Below the pieces are notes generated by a model. It did no database searches. It saw nothing but the letters and a program-made list of their open reading frames with translations, and had not been told where the DNA came from. The position numbers and the translations under genes were made by a program. A stretch of DNA of 64,000 nucleotides from Pristiophorus japonicus (lineage: Eukaryota). This document shows positions 13,746 through 25,204 of this stretch, piece by piece (positions within the stretch are counted from its first letter, which is position 1; every line of letters begins with the position of its first letter). Where the stretch lies: assembly GCF_044704955.1 (NCBI RefSeq), contig NC_091981.1, forward strand, positions 186,001 through 250,000. Direction: 5' to 3'.

Positions 13746-15805
13746 TCACCTCCCCCCCAAAGTCTTATTGGGATCACGGGTTGAGTCTCTCTGGTGGTTT
13801 ACGCTCCCTTGTAGAGCACCTGAGTTGGGGCTCCGGTTGTTGGGCGCTGGCCTGAGTGTCTGCTGTTTGTGGTACCTCAGGCCTGTCCGGACTGCCCACA
13901 GTGACTGGGCTCTCCTCCACTTGGTTCCGGTGTTCGGTCACCTGTGGTGGAGTGAACTCTATATCGTGTTTTTCCTCTGCTTCTTCTATGGGGTTGCTGA
14001 ACCTCCTTTTAGTTTGATCCACGTGTTTGCGGCAGATTTGTCCATTGGTAAGTTTAACTACCAAAACCCTATTCCCCTCTTTGGCAACCACAGTGCCTGC
14101 AATCCATTTGGGCCCTGCAGCGTAATTAAGGACAAAAACAGAGTCATTGACATCAATACATCGCGCCCTCGCATTCCTGTCATGGTGGTCACATTGTGAC
14201 TGACGCCTACCCTCAACAATTTCTTTCATAGTAGGGTGTATAAGGGATAACCTGGTTTTGAGCTTCCTTTTCATTAGCAGTTCTGCGGGTGGAACCCCTG
14301 TGAGCGAGTGTGGTCGGGATATATAGGCCAACAGGAGGCATGATAAGCGGCTTTATTGGGAACCCCCTTGGATTCTGAGCATCCCCTGTTTGATTATCTG
14401 CACTGCTCGTTCTGCCTGGCCTTTTGAGGCTGGCTTGAACGGTGCCGTTCTGACATGGTTGATTCCATTGCCTGCCATGTAGTCCTGGAATTCAATGCTT
14501 GTGAAGCATGGGCCATTGTCACTGACCAAGACATCCGGTAGACCATGGGCGGCGAACATTGCCCATAGACTTTCTACCGTGGCAGAGGATGTGCTTGAAT
14601 TTAAAATGGCACACTCAATCCATTTGGAGCAGGCGTCTACTACAACCAAAAACATTTTTCCCATGAAAGGACCTGCGTAGTCCACATGGATGCGTGACCA
14701 TGGCTTGGCGGGCCAGGGCCAAGGGCTAAGGGGGGCTTCCCTGGGCGCATTGCCCAGCTGAGCACACGTGTTGCACCTGCGAACACAAAGTTCCAGATCT
14801 GCGTCTATCCCTGGCCACCAAACCTGTGACCTGGCAATTGCCTTCATCATGACAATGCCCGGGTACTCATTGTGGAGTTCTCTGATAAACACCTCTTTGC
14901 CCATCTGGGGCATGCCTACTCGGTTTCCTCACAGTAGGCAATCGGCCTGAATCGAGAGTTCAATCTTGCACCTATGAAACGGTTTAAATTCCTCAGGGCA
15001 TGCCCTGTACGTGGCTGCCCAGTCCCCATTCAGGACACATTTCTTAACCAAAGGCAGTAGCGGGTCTTTATTTGTCCAGACTTTAATCTGACGGGCTGTC
15101 ACAGTTGAGCATTCGCTTTCGAAAGCTTCAACAGCCATGACCATCTCAGCATCATGCTCAGTTGCCCCCTCAGTGGTGGCTAGTGGGAGCCTGCTGAGTG
15201 CATCGGCGCAGTTTTCAGTGCCCGGTCTGTGCCGAATTGTGTAGTCATAGGCGGCTAACATGAGTGCCCACCTCTGTATGCGGGCCGATGCATTTGCATT
15301 TATGGCCTTGTTGTTGGCCAAAAGGGACGTTAGGGGTTTGTGATCTGTCTCCAGCTCAAATTTCATGTCAAACAGGTACTGGTGCAATTTTTTTACTGCA
15401 TATACACATGCTAGCGCTTCCTTTTCTACCATCCCATAGCCCCTTTCTGCCTGGGACAGACTTCTGGAGGCATAAACTACTGGCTGTAACTGACCATTGG
15501 CATTAACATGCTGCAACACACACCCGACCCCATAGGATGATGCATCGCACATTAAAACGAGTTTCTTACACGGGTCATATAACGTTAACAGTTTGTTGGA
15601 GCATAATAAATTGCGTGCTCTATCAAAAGCCCTTTCCTGGCTGTCCCTCCAGACCAATCATGGCCTTTGCGTAGGAGCACGTGTAGCGGCTCTAACAGTG
15701 TGCTCAATTTGAGAAGAAAGTTACCAAAATAGTTCAGGAGCCCCAGGAATGAACGCAGCTCCGTCGTGTTACGGGGTCTGGGTGCTCTCTGGATCGCTTC
15801 CGTTT

Positions 15806-15867
15806 TGGAGCAGGCTCGAGGGGCGAGATGGCCTACTCCTGTTCCTAATTCTTATGTTATGTTCTTA
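15806..15867 (+). mobile_element. About 60-bp CR1 3' terminus inserted into the Gypsy RT
   Basis: tggagcaggctcgagggg...cttatgttatgttctta, flanked by TGGA at 15806-15809 and 15868-15871; absent from the homologous RT region near 51570. Confidence 0.85.
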
Positions 15868-17409
15868 TGGACGCAATAGGTCTGATCCCGTCTGCAGCTA
15901 CCCTCCTCCCCAGGAATTCTACCTCTGGAGCTAAGAAGACACACTTCGCCTTTTTCAGTCGCAGCCCTACCCGGTCCAGTCTGCGTAGCACCTCCTCCAG
16001 GTTGTGGAGGTGTTCTTTAGTATCGCGACCCGTGATGAGGATGTCGTCTTGAAAAACCACCGTCCTTGGAATCGACTTGAGGAGGCTTTCCATATTTCAC
16101 TGAAAGATCGCGGCGGCTGAACGAATCCTGAATGGACATCTGTTATACTCAAACAACCCCTTGTGTGTCGTGATGGTGGTCAGCTTCTTCGACTCGCTCG
16201 CCAGCTCCTGGGTCATGTAAGCTGAGGTCAGGTCCAATTTTGAAAAAAATTTGCCACCGGATAGCGTCGCAAAGAAGCCCTCCGCTCTCAGTGGTGGGTA
16301 CTGGTCTTGGAGTGGCACCCGATTGATGGTGACCTTGTAATCGGCACATATCCTGACCGACCCATCCGTCTTGAGCACCGGCACGATCGGGCTCGCCCAG
16401 TCACTGAATTCGACTGGCGAGATGATGCCTTCCCTCAGCAGGCGGTCCAATTCGCATTCTATCTTTTCCCGCATCACGTATGGCACCGCTCTGGCCTTGT
16501 GGTGTACTGGCCTGGCGTCCGGGTTTATGTGAATCACTACCTTGGTCCCCATGAAAGTGCCGATGCCAGGTTAAAATAATGAGTCAAATTTTTCCAGGAC
16601 CTGTGAGCATGATACTCGCTCCACAGAAGAAATTGCATTGACATCACCCCATTTCCAGTTCATGACAGCAAGCCAACTCCTCCCCAGTAGTGCGGGACCG
16701 TCCCCTGGGACAACCCAGAGTGGCAGTCTGTTCTCTGAATCTTTGTGGGTCACCGGAATTATCTGCTTTGTATATGTCCGTAGCTGTGCATCAATCGGCA
16801 ATAACTTTGGCCTCCTGGCCTTGGACACCCACAACCTTTCGAACTGTTTGATACTCATCAGGGACTGGCTGGCCCCCGTGTCTAGATCCATTAATACTGG
16901 GATGCCATTGAGGAGCACTTTCATCATTATCGGTGGCGTCCTGGAATATGAACTGTATATGTGCTCCACATGAACTCGCTGAACTTCAGCTTCCAGCGAT
17001 TTCCCCCAGTATTCATTTGGCCTCGTAGAGCTTACATCGGGCCCGTCCTCCTCGTACATCAACCTGGCTGCAGGCTTCCTGCACATATGCGCCAAGTGAC
17101 CGCTGACGTTGCAGTTTCTGCAGGTATATTGCTGATACCTGCAAGCTCTGTCTGGGTGTTTGCCTCGACGCCTCCAGCATGAGCTGGAGGCTCCGTTGTT
17201 GGAAACAAAAGGTCCATTACCAGTCGATCGTCTCTGACTGTCTCTGTAACTGTCCTTAAGCGTACCATTACTGGCCGCATTGTCCATTGCAATGGCATGA
17301 ATCGCTGTTCAGTTAGCCATTGTCTCTGTTGAATTCCCCCTTTGGGTTCAACTAATGCTGGGGCATGTCCGATTGCCCTTGTCTGCCTAGAGAACTGTGT
17401 GCCGCGTTA

Positions 17410-17602
17410 TATTCACGAAATATATTCAAAAAGGAGTTAGATGTAGTCCTTACTACTTGGGGGAATCAAGTGGTATGACGAGAAAGCAGGAATGGGGTAC
17501 TGAAGTTGCATGTTCAGCCATGAACTCATTGAATGGCGGTGCAGGCTCGAAGGGCCGAATGGCCTACACCTGCATCTATTTTTTATGTTTCTATGTTTCT
17601 AT
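17410..17602 (+). mobile_element. CR1 3' fragment inserted into the Gypsy gag
   Basis: Matches 63839-64000; (TTTCTATG)n tail; GTTA duplicated at 17406-17409 and 17603-17606. Confidence 0.9.
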
Positions 17603-18223
17603 GTTAACAATGTTGACTCCCTGGTCGTTTGCCGCATTTGAGCCAAGATTTTTGTCATACATCATTCTGGTCTCTTCCTCTCCTGAGATAAATGTCTGGG
17701 CTATCAGAGCCGCCGCTTCCAAGGTCAAGTCTTTGGTCTCAATCAGTTTCCTGAAAACCCCAGCATGCCCGATGCCCTCAATAAAAAAGTCTCGCAGCAC
17801 CTCCACTCTGCATGCATCTGGGAACTTACATAGGCTCGCCAGTCGCCGGAGGTCTGCCACGAAGTCTGGAACGCTTTACCCTTCTCGCCGCTGGTGCGTA
17901 TAAAACCGGTGTCTCGCCATGTGCATGCTGCTCACCGGTTTAAGGTGTTCCCCGATTAACTTACTGAGCTCTTCGAACGTCTTGTCCGCCGGCTTCTCTG
18001 GTGCTAGAAGGTCCTTCTTCAGGGAGTATGTTCTGGATCCATAAACCGTCAGGAGATGAGCCCTGCGTTTGTCGGCCGAATCCTATCCCAACCATTCCTT
18101 AGTGACAAAACTTTGCTGTAGTCTCTCAATAAAGCCGTCCCAATCATCACGAACACAGTACCTCTCTTCTGTGTTGCTAGTGGCCATGCTCGCATGGTTT
18201 AAATCCCAGTTTCTCGTCGCCAA

Positions 18224-18474
18224 TGATAAGTCCTTACTATACAGTATAAATGCACACGAGGCCCATACTTGAGAGAAGGTCACTCTGTGACCAGTTACCT
18301 TTATTACCAAGACCTCAAGTGATGAAGGTGGGTGGAGCTTCCCCTTTTATACCCGAAAGTCCAGGTTAGGAGTTTTTTTCTCCCACAAGTTCACCCCCTT
18401 GTGGTCAATGTTCTCAAGGTGTACAACTTAGGTCAGCTTATACATGGGTTACAATGATAGTTGAATACATAACA
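18224..18474 (-). repeat. 5' LTR of Gypsy element 1
   Basis: Adjacent to the PBS; TATAAAA and AATAAA on the minus strand. Confidence 0.95.
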
Positions 18475-19010
18475 GCAAGATCCTGCAAATCCCTTGGGAA
18501 GACAGGCGCACCAACATGTGTCCTCGACCAGGCTAGCATCCCCAGTATTGAAGCACTGACCACACTCGATCAGCTTCACTGGGCAGGCCACAGAGTTCGC
18601 ATGATACGAAACTCCCTAAGCAAATGCTTTATGTGGAGCTCCTTTGTGGTAAATGAGCCAAAGGAGGACAGCTGAAACGTTATAAAGACACCCTCAAAGC
18701 CTCCCTGGTAAAGTGCGACATCACCACTGACACCTGGGAGTCCCTGGCCGCAGACCGCCCGAGGTGGAGAAAGTCCATCCGGGAGGGTGTTGAGCTCTTT
18801 GAGTCTCGACGCAAGGAACATGAAGAGGCCAAGCGCAGGCAGCGGAAGGAGCGCGCGGCAAACCTACCGACCACTTCCCCCGACCAATGTCTGTCCCACC
18901 TGTAACAGGATCTGTGGCTCTCGTATCGGACTGTTCAGCCATCAAAGAACTCACTTAGGGAGTGGAAGCAAGTCTTTCTCGATTCCGAGGGACTGCCTAT
19001 GATGATGATG
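18475..19010 (+). mobile_element. RTE-clade LINE 3' fragment
   Basis: Encodes RKILQIPW, QLHWAGH, YKDTLKASL and CPTCNRICGSRIGLFSHQRTH; tail gggactgcctatgatgatgatg; TSD GCATCACAGCAAG(A) at 13488-13500 and 19011-19024. Confidence 0.92.
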
Positions 19011-19429
19011 GCATCACAGCAAGACCAATCAGACAACACCACGCAGAGTCACAAGGCAGAGGTCAGAGGTGGGATTGTCTCAACATCTCGTTCAATTTAG
19101 GCCGTGTTCTGGCCGGTATTGGAAAGCGAACACACTGGAAATACGCCGACTTTGAGTGCCGATACGGTTGCTGGTGAGCTGGATCATCTCAAACAAGCAG
19201 GTACTTCATTTAAACAGGAATCTGCTGCCAGCCAATCCTGCACATCATTTCCCAGTGTTCTGCTGTGCAGGACTCCAAATGTAAATGTTGTTCGGAGCAA
19301 ATAACCATTCTGGGGGTTTTGGAAAGCCTGAAGTATTATAAAAGTAAGGGTACTGTAATCTCTTCCTTTGTTTTTTATGTTTTTCAATGTCCATCATGTA
19401 TAGACAGAGCGAAGCAATCCCACAGCCAA

Positions 19430-20204
19430 CGAATTTGGTCAAGGCTGTGCAACCCTGCTGCATTAAGCCGTGAATAGTGGTGGCTATTTAAGCAACTAAT
19501 GGGAGGAGGAAGTGCCGTGAACATCCCCATCCTTAACAAGGTTACAGCCCAGCTTCAGCTAGAAGTGCAGCAGAGATGATCCATTTCAGCCTCCTCCTGA
19601 GCTCCCCACCATCACAGCCAGTCTGCAGCCAAATTGATTCTCTCCACTTGACGTCAAGACATGGCTGAGCGCATTGGATCCGGCAAAGGCTATGGGCCCG
19701 ACAATATCCCAGCTGTGGTGCTGAAACTTGTGCTCCAGAACTAGCCGCGCCTCCAGCCAAGCTGTTCCAGTACAACTACAACACTGGCATCTACCCGACA
19801 ATGTGCAAAACTGTCCTCAAAAAGCAGGACAAATTTAACCAGACCAGTTACCACCCTATTTGTCTACTTCCAATCATCAATACAGTGACGGAAGGAGACA
19901 TCAACAGTTCTATCAAATGACATTTAACAATAATTTTCTCACCAATGTTTGGGTTGTGTTCAGCTAGGACCACTCGGCTCCAGACCTGGACAGGAGCTGA
20001 ATATCCGAGGTGAGGTGAGAGTGACTGCCCTTGACATCAGGGCAGCATTTGATCAAGTCTGGCACTAAAGAGACCGAGTAACACTGAAGTCAAAGAGAAT
20101 CAGGTTGCAAGGTCTCCAGTGGCTGGAGTCATACTCGGCACAAAGGAAGATGTACAAGGGCTGTTGGAGGTCAATCCCCTCAATTCAGGACATCGCTGCA
20201 GGAG
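19430..20204 (+). mobile_element. Degenerate LINE ORF2 fragment (CR1/L2 group)
   Basis: Remnant RT motifs KAMGPDNIPAVVLK, ALDIRAAFDQVWH and LQWLESY, with many indels. Confidence 0.75.
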
Positions 20205-20316
20205 TGTAGTGAATTATAAATTATTTTTTCCTAAAAACTACAAATGTGTGGCCTGGAAGATGGAGCAGTGGGAATGCTGGACAGGACCAGATTCTGCAAG
20301 TTTGATCTACACATAG

Positions 20317-20589
20317 TGTAATGTCTGCACCGGTGAGCATATTCACAGGTTGGTGGAGCTGTTGCATTGTGAGTGGCTTAGCCAGTCACGTGATGTTCAC
20401 AAGACCCAATAAAACCCCAGCCAGTTGGGTCTAGGTCATCCACGATGAGGTATGAAGTTGTGAGCCCGGTGGATGAACTGGTAATGTGTCGTGTGATTGT
20501 TAAACCTTTGCGAATAAACCAACTAGTTCATAATAGCAATGTGTTGCTGTGAATTCTGAAGCAAGAACCCAGGAAGCAAATATATTACA
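20317..20589 (+). repeat. Possible solo LTR
   Basis: TGTAATGT...ATATTACA termini and AATAAA signals; no TSD found, left boundary uncertain. Confidence 0.4.
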
Positions 20590-21910
20590 GTTTCCCGGAT
20601 CCCCTTTTACATTGAAATTCTGAAATTAGTTTTCATAACTTTGTAGAATATACAGTACATATCATGGATCCATACACTGACCTCGCACACTTAGCTCTAA
20701 CATGCTACAGTATTAATATTTCATTATCGGTCCAAAATAACTCAAAAAGGCAGAAAAATCAGATTGGAAATAAATCACTAGGAAGGGTAAAAGTTAGAAG
20801 GCTCTTTAAGATGCATCACTTTTACCACCTCAATACAGAAGCCTACATTGTGAGTCGTCTATGCTTATTGCTGTGTATAATCTACGGTATCAAAGCAATT
20901 ACATAAGAATATATATGATTGATCCTGTGCAGAGATAGAAAAATGTTGCTTCTGTGGACTTACCATCTTCTCTCAATGTACAAATAGAAAAGGAGACTTT
21001 GTGTTCATAAGAACATAAGAAATAGGAGCAGGAGTCGGCCACCTGGCCCCTCGAGCCTGCTCCGCCATTCAATAAGATCATGGCTAATCTGATCATGTAC
21101 TCAATGCCACTTCCCCACCCATGGGGTTATGGGGGTTTTGCACTCCCCATAACCCTTTATCCCCTTATCATTCAAAAATCTGTCTATCTCTACCTTAAAT
21201 ATATTCAATGACCCAGCCTCCACAGTTCTCTGGGGTACAGAATTCCACAGATTTACAACCCTCTGAGAGAAGAAATTCCTCCTCATCTCCGTTTTAAATG
21301 GGGTGACCCCTTATTCTGAGACTATGCCCCCTAATTCAAGATTCCCCCACGAGGGGAAACATCCTCTCTGCATCTACCTTGTCAAGCCCCCTCAGAACCT
21401 AACATGATTCAATAAGATCACCTCTCATTCTTCTAAACTCCAATGAGTATAGGCCCAACCTGCTCAACCTTTCTTCATAAGACAACCCCTTCATCCCCGG
21501 AATCAACCTCGTGAACCTTCTCTGAACTGCCTCCAATGCAAGTATACCCTTCCTTAAATACGGAGACCAAAACTATACGCAGTACTCGAGGTGTGGCCTC
21601 ACCAACGCCCTATGCAGTTGTAGCAGGACTTCCCTGCTTTTATACTCTATCCCAGTGGTTCTCAACCTTTTTGTGTTCGCTGCACTCTTTTGAATACTAG
21701 AATTTTTAGCAGCACACTTAAAGGGATTAAAAGGTGAAAACAGGTTTAAAAAAAAGCAAGTTTCAGAAAATGTAAAAAACATTTTATTAATCACAGTATA
21801 TGAAGATGTACAACATTGTAGACATGGATGTTGTTACTTATTTTTTATTCTGAAAGTAACAATAAAATAATAAACTATAATAATAATTCCTCACATTAAT
21901 TATAGATTAA

Positions 21911-23627
21911 TTAGTATTTTAATGTGATACTTGAACCTGACATTTTTTTAGTTATGTCACTAATATTCGGGCGTATAACTGATAAGGCGACTCTCATTTC
22001 ATGTTCAAGTTCGCTAAGTTTTTCCCGTATTTTGCATTTGATGTTCGTAAGAGTTGAGAACTGCATCAGAATTATCAAGGCTTTTTTTGATATTGCAGGA
22101 TATTCTTCTTTAATAGAAATCCAGAACACATCAAGAGACATATCTGAATGTTTCATTTTCAGACCGCGGTCTGTAGAAATAGAAGTCAATTCTTCTTCTT
22201 CTTGCAATGTAAACTCAAAATTTGACGAACTAAATCGAGAAAATGGATTTCTTACCCAATCATATACTTCTCTACATCCAAAGATGGAAAATATTTGTTG
22301 AAGTTGTTTCCAGTGATGCCAAATGCTCTATCACGATAGGAGCAACCTTTTTAATTCTGTGATTTGGTATCAAAGGGAACATTTAAAAAAAAATTTCTGC
22401 TGCTATCTTTTTCCAGATAGAATTTTTTTCTGAAAAGCGAATAGCCTGTCTGTAGAGGTGAGAATGTTTTCATTTCTCCCTTGCATACTGGTATTAACGC
22501 TGTTAAGACAAGTAAATATACCTGCCAAATATGCTAGCTTAGCACATCACATTTAACTCTTAAGGTATTTGCAAAAGGTATCATTTCCTTCTCTTTCAAA
22601 AAAATACTGACAATTCTTCTTTAAGTTCAAATACATGACATAAGACTTTTCCCCTTGAAAGCCATCTTACCTCTGTATGCAAAAGTAAACATTTGTGCTG
22701 TGCATCCATAGCTTTGCAGAGCTGTTTAAACAAGCGAGTTTTTAAAGGTCTTGATTTTATATAATTTACAATATTAACAACTTGATCTAACACAGATTTT
22801 AATTCTAGCAGTAATGTCTTTGCAACAAGTGCTTCTCTATGCAAAAAGCAATGGGTGAATAATATATTTGGATTATGTTTTTTTTGCGAGCGTAATGAAT
22901 CCTTTGACGCATCCCACCATAGATGGAGCACCATCCGTGCAGAGTCCAACACATGAGTCCCATGAAATTTTCAAGTCTTCTAAATATGAATTCACAGAAT
23001 CAAACATGTCTTGACCTCTAGTATTTTCTGGAAGTTCTCTACAGCACAGAAATTGGTTCAATATCTCGTTTTCATGAATGAAGTGAACAAATGCTAATAA
23101 TTGTGCTTTACCACTAATGTCGGTGGACTCGTCGATTTGCAAAGCAAAATTCGAGTTTGTAAGTTTCTCGGCTATGTTTTCTTCAATGTTAGATGACATT
23201 TCATTTATCCTTCTCCGAATTGTATCGTCAGACAGCGGAATTTTTGCAATTTCTTGTTCCGCTTCATCACCAGGCATTATTTTGACAATTTTACGACATG
23301 CAGGCAGAATAAGTGACTCAGATATAGTATGAGGCTTCATTTTCTGCGCTATTAACTCAGCAACTTCATAAGAAGCAATTAAAACTTATCTGATACCTTA
23401 ACATTTTTTTCAAAATATTTCACTTGTTTTGATTGCGTTGCCATCAATCTCCTAAAATAACTTTGATCTTTTGTTGCAAGATGTGCATGTTTCGTAGTAA
23501 AATGGCGTTTCAATTTATTGGGAACCATTGCGCTGTTCGACAGTTTTTTGCCACACACAACACACAGTGGAATGGGGCATTCGTCTTCTGCTGTCCATAA
23601 AAAAACAATCCTCAAATAATCCTCCAT
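21911..23627 (-). pseudogene. hAT transposase (ZBED5/SCAND3/TcBuster-like), frameshifted
   Basis: CVVC...KLKRHFTTKH zinc finger, FALQIDESTD, CTDGAPSM, HCFLHREAL, HTEVRWLSRG and C-terminal dimerisation remnant, spread over at least 4 ORFs. Confidence 0.93.
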
Positions 23628-24312
23628 ACATTGATGATGAATTTTGGATTTTTTAGGATTTGGTTTGGCACCGCTTGTACTGGCGTTGGTTGTAGGCCTA
23701 TTAGTGCCACTTGTAGTGGCACTGTCATTGATATCTCCTTGCTCATTTTTACGTTTTCTTATGATGATTTGTCCATTGGGGGGGACAAACTTTCAGTGAT
23801 CCAAACTCCAGACAGACATGAACTGAGTCTTCCAATTTCCAAACTCCAGAGAGTCCAGACAGAAATGAACCTAGAGTTGAACAGGAAGTTTTGATTTTGA
23901 CTATGGTCAAAATATGCTAAAAGCCAACTCTCAAAAATCAAAGGAACCGCTAGGCTGGCGAGGCCAGGTCACATTGGATGCCGCCTACATCAAAGGAGCC
24001 ACTAATTGCCGCTATATCAGGTCAAACATCAAAGATGCCGCCTGTCCCGGCCACACATCAAGCTGCAGATCAATAAACACAAACAACAAGATATAAATAA
24101 GAAAGTGGTTAAATGTAATTAAATAGTTTTTGACATTTTATTATAAAAACGACACTTTTTACTGCATATGCGTTAGATTCATCTTTCATTTCTTTCATCC
24201 AAATTAATAATCACAATTTAAGCTTTTCACATGAACAATTTAATACTATTATTTTGGATTGGGGGTGGCCCTGGCCCAAGTGACCCCCCTGGCTATGCCC
24301 TTGGTACCGACG

Positions 24313-24370
24313 CACATACACACACAAATGTAAATACACACACACACGCTTATACACACACACACACACA
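24313..24370. repeat. Imperfect (CA)n microsatellite inside the hAT 5' region
   Basis: Direct inspection. Confidence 0.85.
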
Positions 24371-25204
24371 GTCTCATTCGATGGTAGGCACTCCCCCTTC
24401 TCTATCAGTAATGGGAGGGAGTAAGGAAGTGGGGACGCGGGGAGGGTGTCGAGTACTCAAAGGAAACACATTTTGCCAAAGGATTTTGTTCTGAGTATGG
24501 ACAGTTAAATTGTTTGTGTGTGTTGTCTCTTGTCATTATTACTTGTATAACTCTCGAACATAGTTTTTTTGATAATAGTAGAGATAAATAGATAGTTATT
24601 TGTCAATATTGGCAATGTTTACTACAGCAGTGGCGTCATACATATAGGTAAATGACATATGTGTCTGTCTGTCTAACTCTCTCCCCCTCCCCTTCTGTTT
24701 CAGAGTTAAATGGTTTGTGTTTCATTGTGAAATCAGCTAAAGTCCACCATACTTTTACACAATTTGGCGGCACACCTGTGAAGGGTTCACGGCACACCAA
24801 TGTGCCACGGAACACCAATTGAGAACCACTGCTCTATCCCCCTTGCAACAAAGGCCAACATTCCATTTGCCTTCCTTGCTGTACCTACATACTAACTTTT
24901 TGTGTTTCAAAAGCACAGATCCTTCTCTGCTGCTGCATTTTGTAGTCTCCATTTAAATAATAATTAGCTTTATTATTCTTCCTATTAAAGTGGATAGCCC
25001 ATGTTCCCACATTGTACTCCATCTGCCAAATTTTTGCCCACTCACTTAACCTAGAAATATCCCTTTTCAGATTCTTTGTGTCTTCCTCACAACTTACTTT
25101 CCCACCTATCTTTGTATCATCAGCGAATTTGGTTACAGTGCACTTGGTCCCTTCATCTAAGTCATTAATATAGATTGTAAATAGTTGAGGCCCCATTGTT
25201 AAAT

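Larger units (their letters stand above)
13774..18187 (-). pseudogene. Gypsy gag-pol, fragmented by stops, frameshifts and two CR1 insertions
   Basis: Gag MATSNTEERYC at 18187; zinc knuckle CRNCNVSGHLAHMC; protease LDTGAS; RT VFQDDILI; RNase H CDASSYG/ETDHKPL; integrase IHVDY, VSDNG, AERAV. Confidence 0.95.
13501..18474 (-). mobile_element. Full-length Ty3/Gypsy LTR retrotransposon (Mag-like), decayed
   Basis: Paired TG...CA LTRs; 5-bp TSD GCAAG (13496-13500 and 18475-18479); PBS TGGCGACGAG (tRNA-Ser-like) ending at 18222; PPT near 13749-13758; gag-PR-RT-RH-IN order. Confidence 0.97.
21653..24831 (-). mobile_element. hAT DNA transposon, Charlie/Buster type, both ends present
   Basis: TIRs CAGTGGTTCTCAA / TTGAGAACCACTG; perfect 8-bp TSD CTCTATCC with central TA (21645-21652 and 24832-24839). 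Confidence 0.96.
21006..25194 (-). mobile_element. CR1 LINE 3' portion split by a hAT insertion (CR1 parts 21006-21652 and 24832-25194)
   Basis: (TTCTTATG)n tail; RPHLEYC left of the hAT and KFADDTK, GPQLFTIYINDLD right of it; the two parts are colinear across the TSD. Confidence 0.93.

Noticed and set aside
18201-18222. tRNA-Ser-like sequence
   Set aside because: It is the retrotransposon primer-binding site, not a tRNA gene.
21911-23627. Domesticated ZBED5/SCAND3/FAM200-like host gene
   Set aside because: Multiple frameshifts and stops, with intact TIRs and TSD, indicate a dead transposon.
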